Below, piece after piece: positions 61,797 through 64,000 of a stretch of 64,000 nucleotides of DNA. The translations under genes and the position numbers were made by a program. Each line of letters begins with the position of its first letter. Positions within the stretch are counted from its first letter, which is position 1. Location: assembly GCA_026770705.1 (NCBI GenBank), contig JANJGN010000009.1:163618001-163682000 (forward strand), written 5' to 3'. The DNA comes from Isurus oxyrinchus (Eukaryota). Below the pieces are notes generated by a model. It was given only the letters and a program-made list of their open reading frames with translations, was not told the DNA's origin and searched no databases.

Positions 61797-64000
61797 GGGC
61801 AGGATTTTCCGAGCCCGCTGGCAGCAGGTGTAATAAGTGGCATGTGTGGATAATATGGTGTGAGCTGCTTCACAATGGCAGCATGAAGGCAGGTTGTGAT
61901 CGTCCGCTCAGCCCACCTACAGCGGGTCGTGCTTCCCGCTATCGGTCAGCGGGGAGCTAATTGTTATACATCAGCATGTAATTAAAAGGCCATCCTGCCA
62001 GGCTCTTGGAACCCGGCCGTATCCTCTGTCCACGTTAGCGGGAAAGCACGCCGACGTGATTCACAACAGCACACAGGCAATTTGTACCTGGTGGCCTTGA
62101 CTCTGGGGGAAATGGGGTGAGTGAGCAGCAGCGTTCTCCACAGCTTGCCTGTTGTTTACAGGCTTCAGGGATGCCTGACCCCGGATGTGACTGCTGAGAG
62201 GGGGGTCTCCGGGGGGGGTAAGTGCTGGCCAGCCTTGAAATGCTGAGGGCAAGGTGTCTAGTGGCAAGTGCTGGCTGCCTTGGAGGTGGATACTGAGGGG
62301 GAGATGTCCAGGGTCATGTGATGACCAACCTCAGAGGCGAATGGTGTCGGTGGCTCCATGCTCAGGACCATCTCAGATGCAGCCATTAAACTTAAGACAC
62401 ATCTGGTGCTGTGTCCTCCTTCAGCACCTCAGCCCATTCAGGAGCTGGTGCGCAGTATCACTGGTCACAGATGCTGGTGTGATGGGGGTCAGTCCCACCT
62501 TAAAGATGCTGAGAGCTCACAGAGAGAATGAGAGAACTCTGTGGGGCCTGCCCACTCCATTCTGGCAGCAATGCCCAGCTCCGCCGAGGTGCGGGCATCA
62601 GTAATGTGTCCAGGGAGTGTGAGGCTGGACCATCACTGTTATCTGAAGGTTGCACAGAGCACAGGGAAAAGGCCCTGGACTCATACACCTGCCCTTTATC
62701 TTGCACAGGAAGGTTTCACATCTGAGTGACAAGAACACTGCTCATCAGAACAAGGAGCCACAGGCAGGGTGACGTTCTTAGGAGTTTACTGACAATAGTG
62801 AACAATATGTACATGTGACCAACACCCGTACCCAGGCTGTGCAACTACATTTCCCTAACTTTCCTAACCCTGCCACTACATCTTGCTGCTCCCCGGACAT
62901 CCACAGCAGAGGTGGAGCTAACCTGCTGATTGTGACGCCCTGTCTGTGATGACACTGGTGGGCGTCCTCTGGAGGGCTGAGACTTGGTGGGCCCCGGCCT
63001 GCTTTCGGGGTCCTGCTGTGTGGTAGTGGCCCCCTCCTCGGCCTGGGGGGCTGGAGCTGCCGAGATCCTAGGAAGAGGGGAGTCGGGTTGGCCAGTCACT
63101 CCCAGAACCTCCTGAGTCGATGGCCCCGGAGTGTGTACCTGCTGCTCCTCCTCCCTATCGGTGTCTGAGTGCCCCAGGCTGACTCGGAGAGTGGAGGATG
63201 TAGCTGGAGTGAGATTGAGCTAATTGTAACCCCTCTCTCATACACACTGTTGGAGGCCAAATATAGCATCAGCGATGGAGTAAACCATGCACAGGAGTGA
63301 CGTCCTGGGCCAAGGTCTCCATGGCAGCTGCCATCCTGCCAGTGTTGACCTCAGTGTATTGCAGCACCGGAGTTATCACATCAGCCTGAAGATAGACAGA
63401 CCCCTCCATCATGCCTTGCAATCTGAGGAGTGCAGCGGGCATCCCTTCCTGATGTTCCCGAGCTTGCCTTTGCAATTCCAGTAACTGTGACATGACCGAG
63501 CCCAGAGGCTGTCATCTGACTCGGACTCAGCAACATTGTGGCCTCCAGCAGTCCTCTGAGGGGCAGGGGACCTGGGAAGTCCCTGCCTCCACCTGCTGTA
63601 GATCAAACAGTGCGATGTGCTCCCAGATTGTGATCCTCAGGCTACTCTAAAGCTAGGTCCCACTGAGGTGTGTGTCTCTGCGCTGGCAGAGGCTGTGGGT
63701 GAGCTCTGTGACAGAACTTCAGGGAGAGTGCCTTCCGATTCCTCTTCAGAGGTTTCTTCAGGAGACCCTGGGTCATGGACTCTGTCGGCTGCTTCCCAGA
63801 TGTGTCTGTGAAAGCAAGGGGAGATAATGAGTGCATGGCAGTGGCCTGTGATAAAGGACACATCACTCACAGCATGGTTATCTGATGGGTGTTGCACTGC
63901 TGGACCCTCACTTGATAGGGCAGTGCCAACCTTACCATCAGCACAGGACTGGCCCCGATCATTGCCGGTCAGCTGGATGGCTCTGCTTTCGAATTCTGTC
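61797..64000 (-). mobile_element. Harbinger-type element, unit B copy (truncated by the window end)
   Basis: Left TIR GGGCAGGATTTTCC at 61797. Homologous to 31883-34092. Confidence 0.8.

Larger units (their letters stand above)
40109..64000 (+). repeat. Segmental/tandem duplication unit B (runs off the window end)
   Basis: Near-identical to 11185-34092, with an extra 1004 bp at 51483-52486. Confidence 0.95.

Noticed and set aside
40109-64000. Unit B as a pure haplotype (false) duplication
   Set aside because: Not favoured, because the spacer segment occurs on both sides of gene 1 within the left contig, implying true tandem structure. It cannot be fully excluded without read depth.

Overview
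Eukaryotic, repeat-rich genomic DNA. The repeat complement (CR1 and L2 LINEs, Deu-type SINEs, Harbinger-type TIR elements, Penelope-type ends) points to a cartilaginous fish (shark or ray); this is an inference. The window holds two head-to-tail copies of a ~29-30 kb unit (offset ~28.9 kb in the 5' half, ~29.9 kb in the 3' half), separated by an N gap at 38106-38615. Each unit carries one spliced + strand gene for a type I membrane Ig-superfamily receptor. The exons, all phase-compatible, encode a leader, a CD300/pIgR-type V domain, an FcRL/PECAM-like C2 domain, a Cys- and Thr/Ser-rich stalk, and a TM segment with Asp and Arg (YIIWDVIRWVLFTLLVICAV). The cytoplasmic exons are uncertain but look short and Tyr-free. 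The two paralogs are nearly identical except in the V exon (24 nt and 14 aa differences, 16 of the nt changes in its 3' ~80 nt), which suggests a diversifying activating-receptor array. The rest is layered transposable-element debris: a CR1 with an SGNH-esterase ORF1, a Gypsy 3' end, solo LTRs, a Myb/SANT-carrying Harbinger nested in an LTR, a Tx1-like insert with a 15-bp TSD, and a probable CMC/EnSpm-like element carrying a 27-bp minisatellite that appears to mark the duplication boundary. Most ORFs in the supplied track are spurious or TE-derived.
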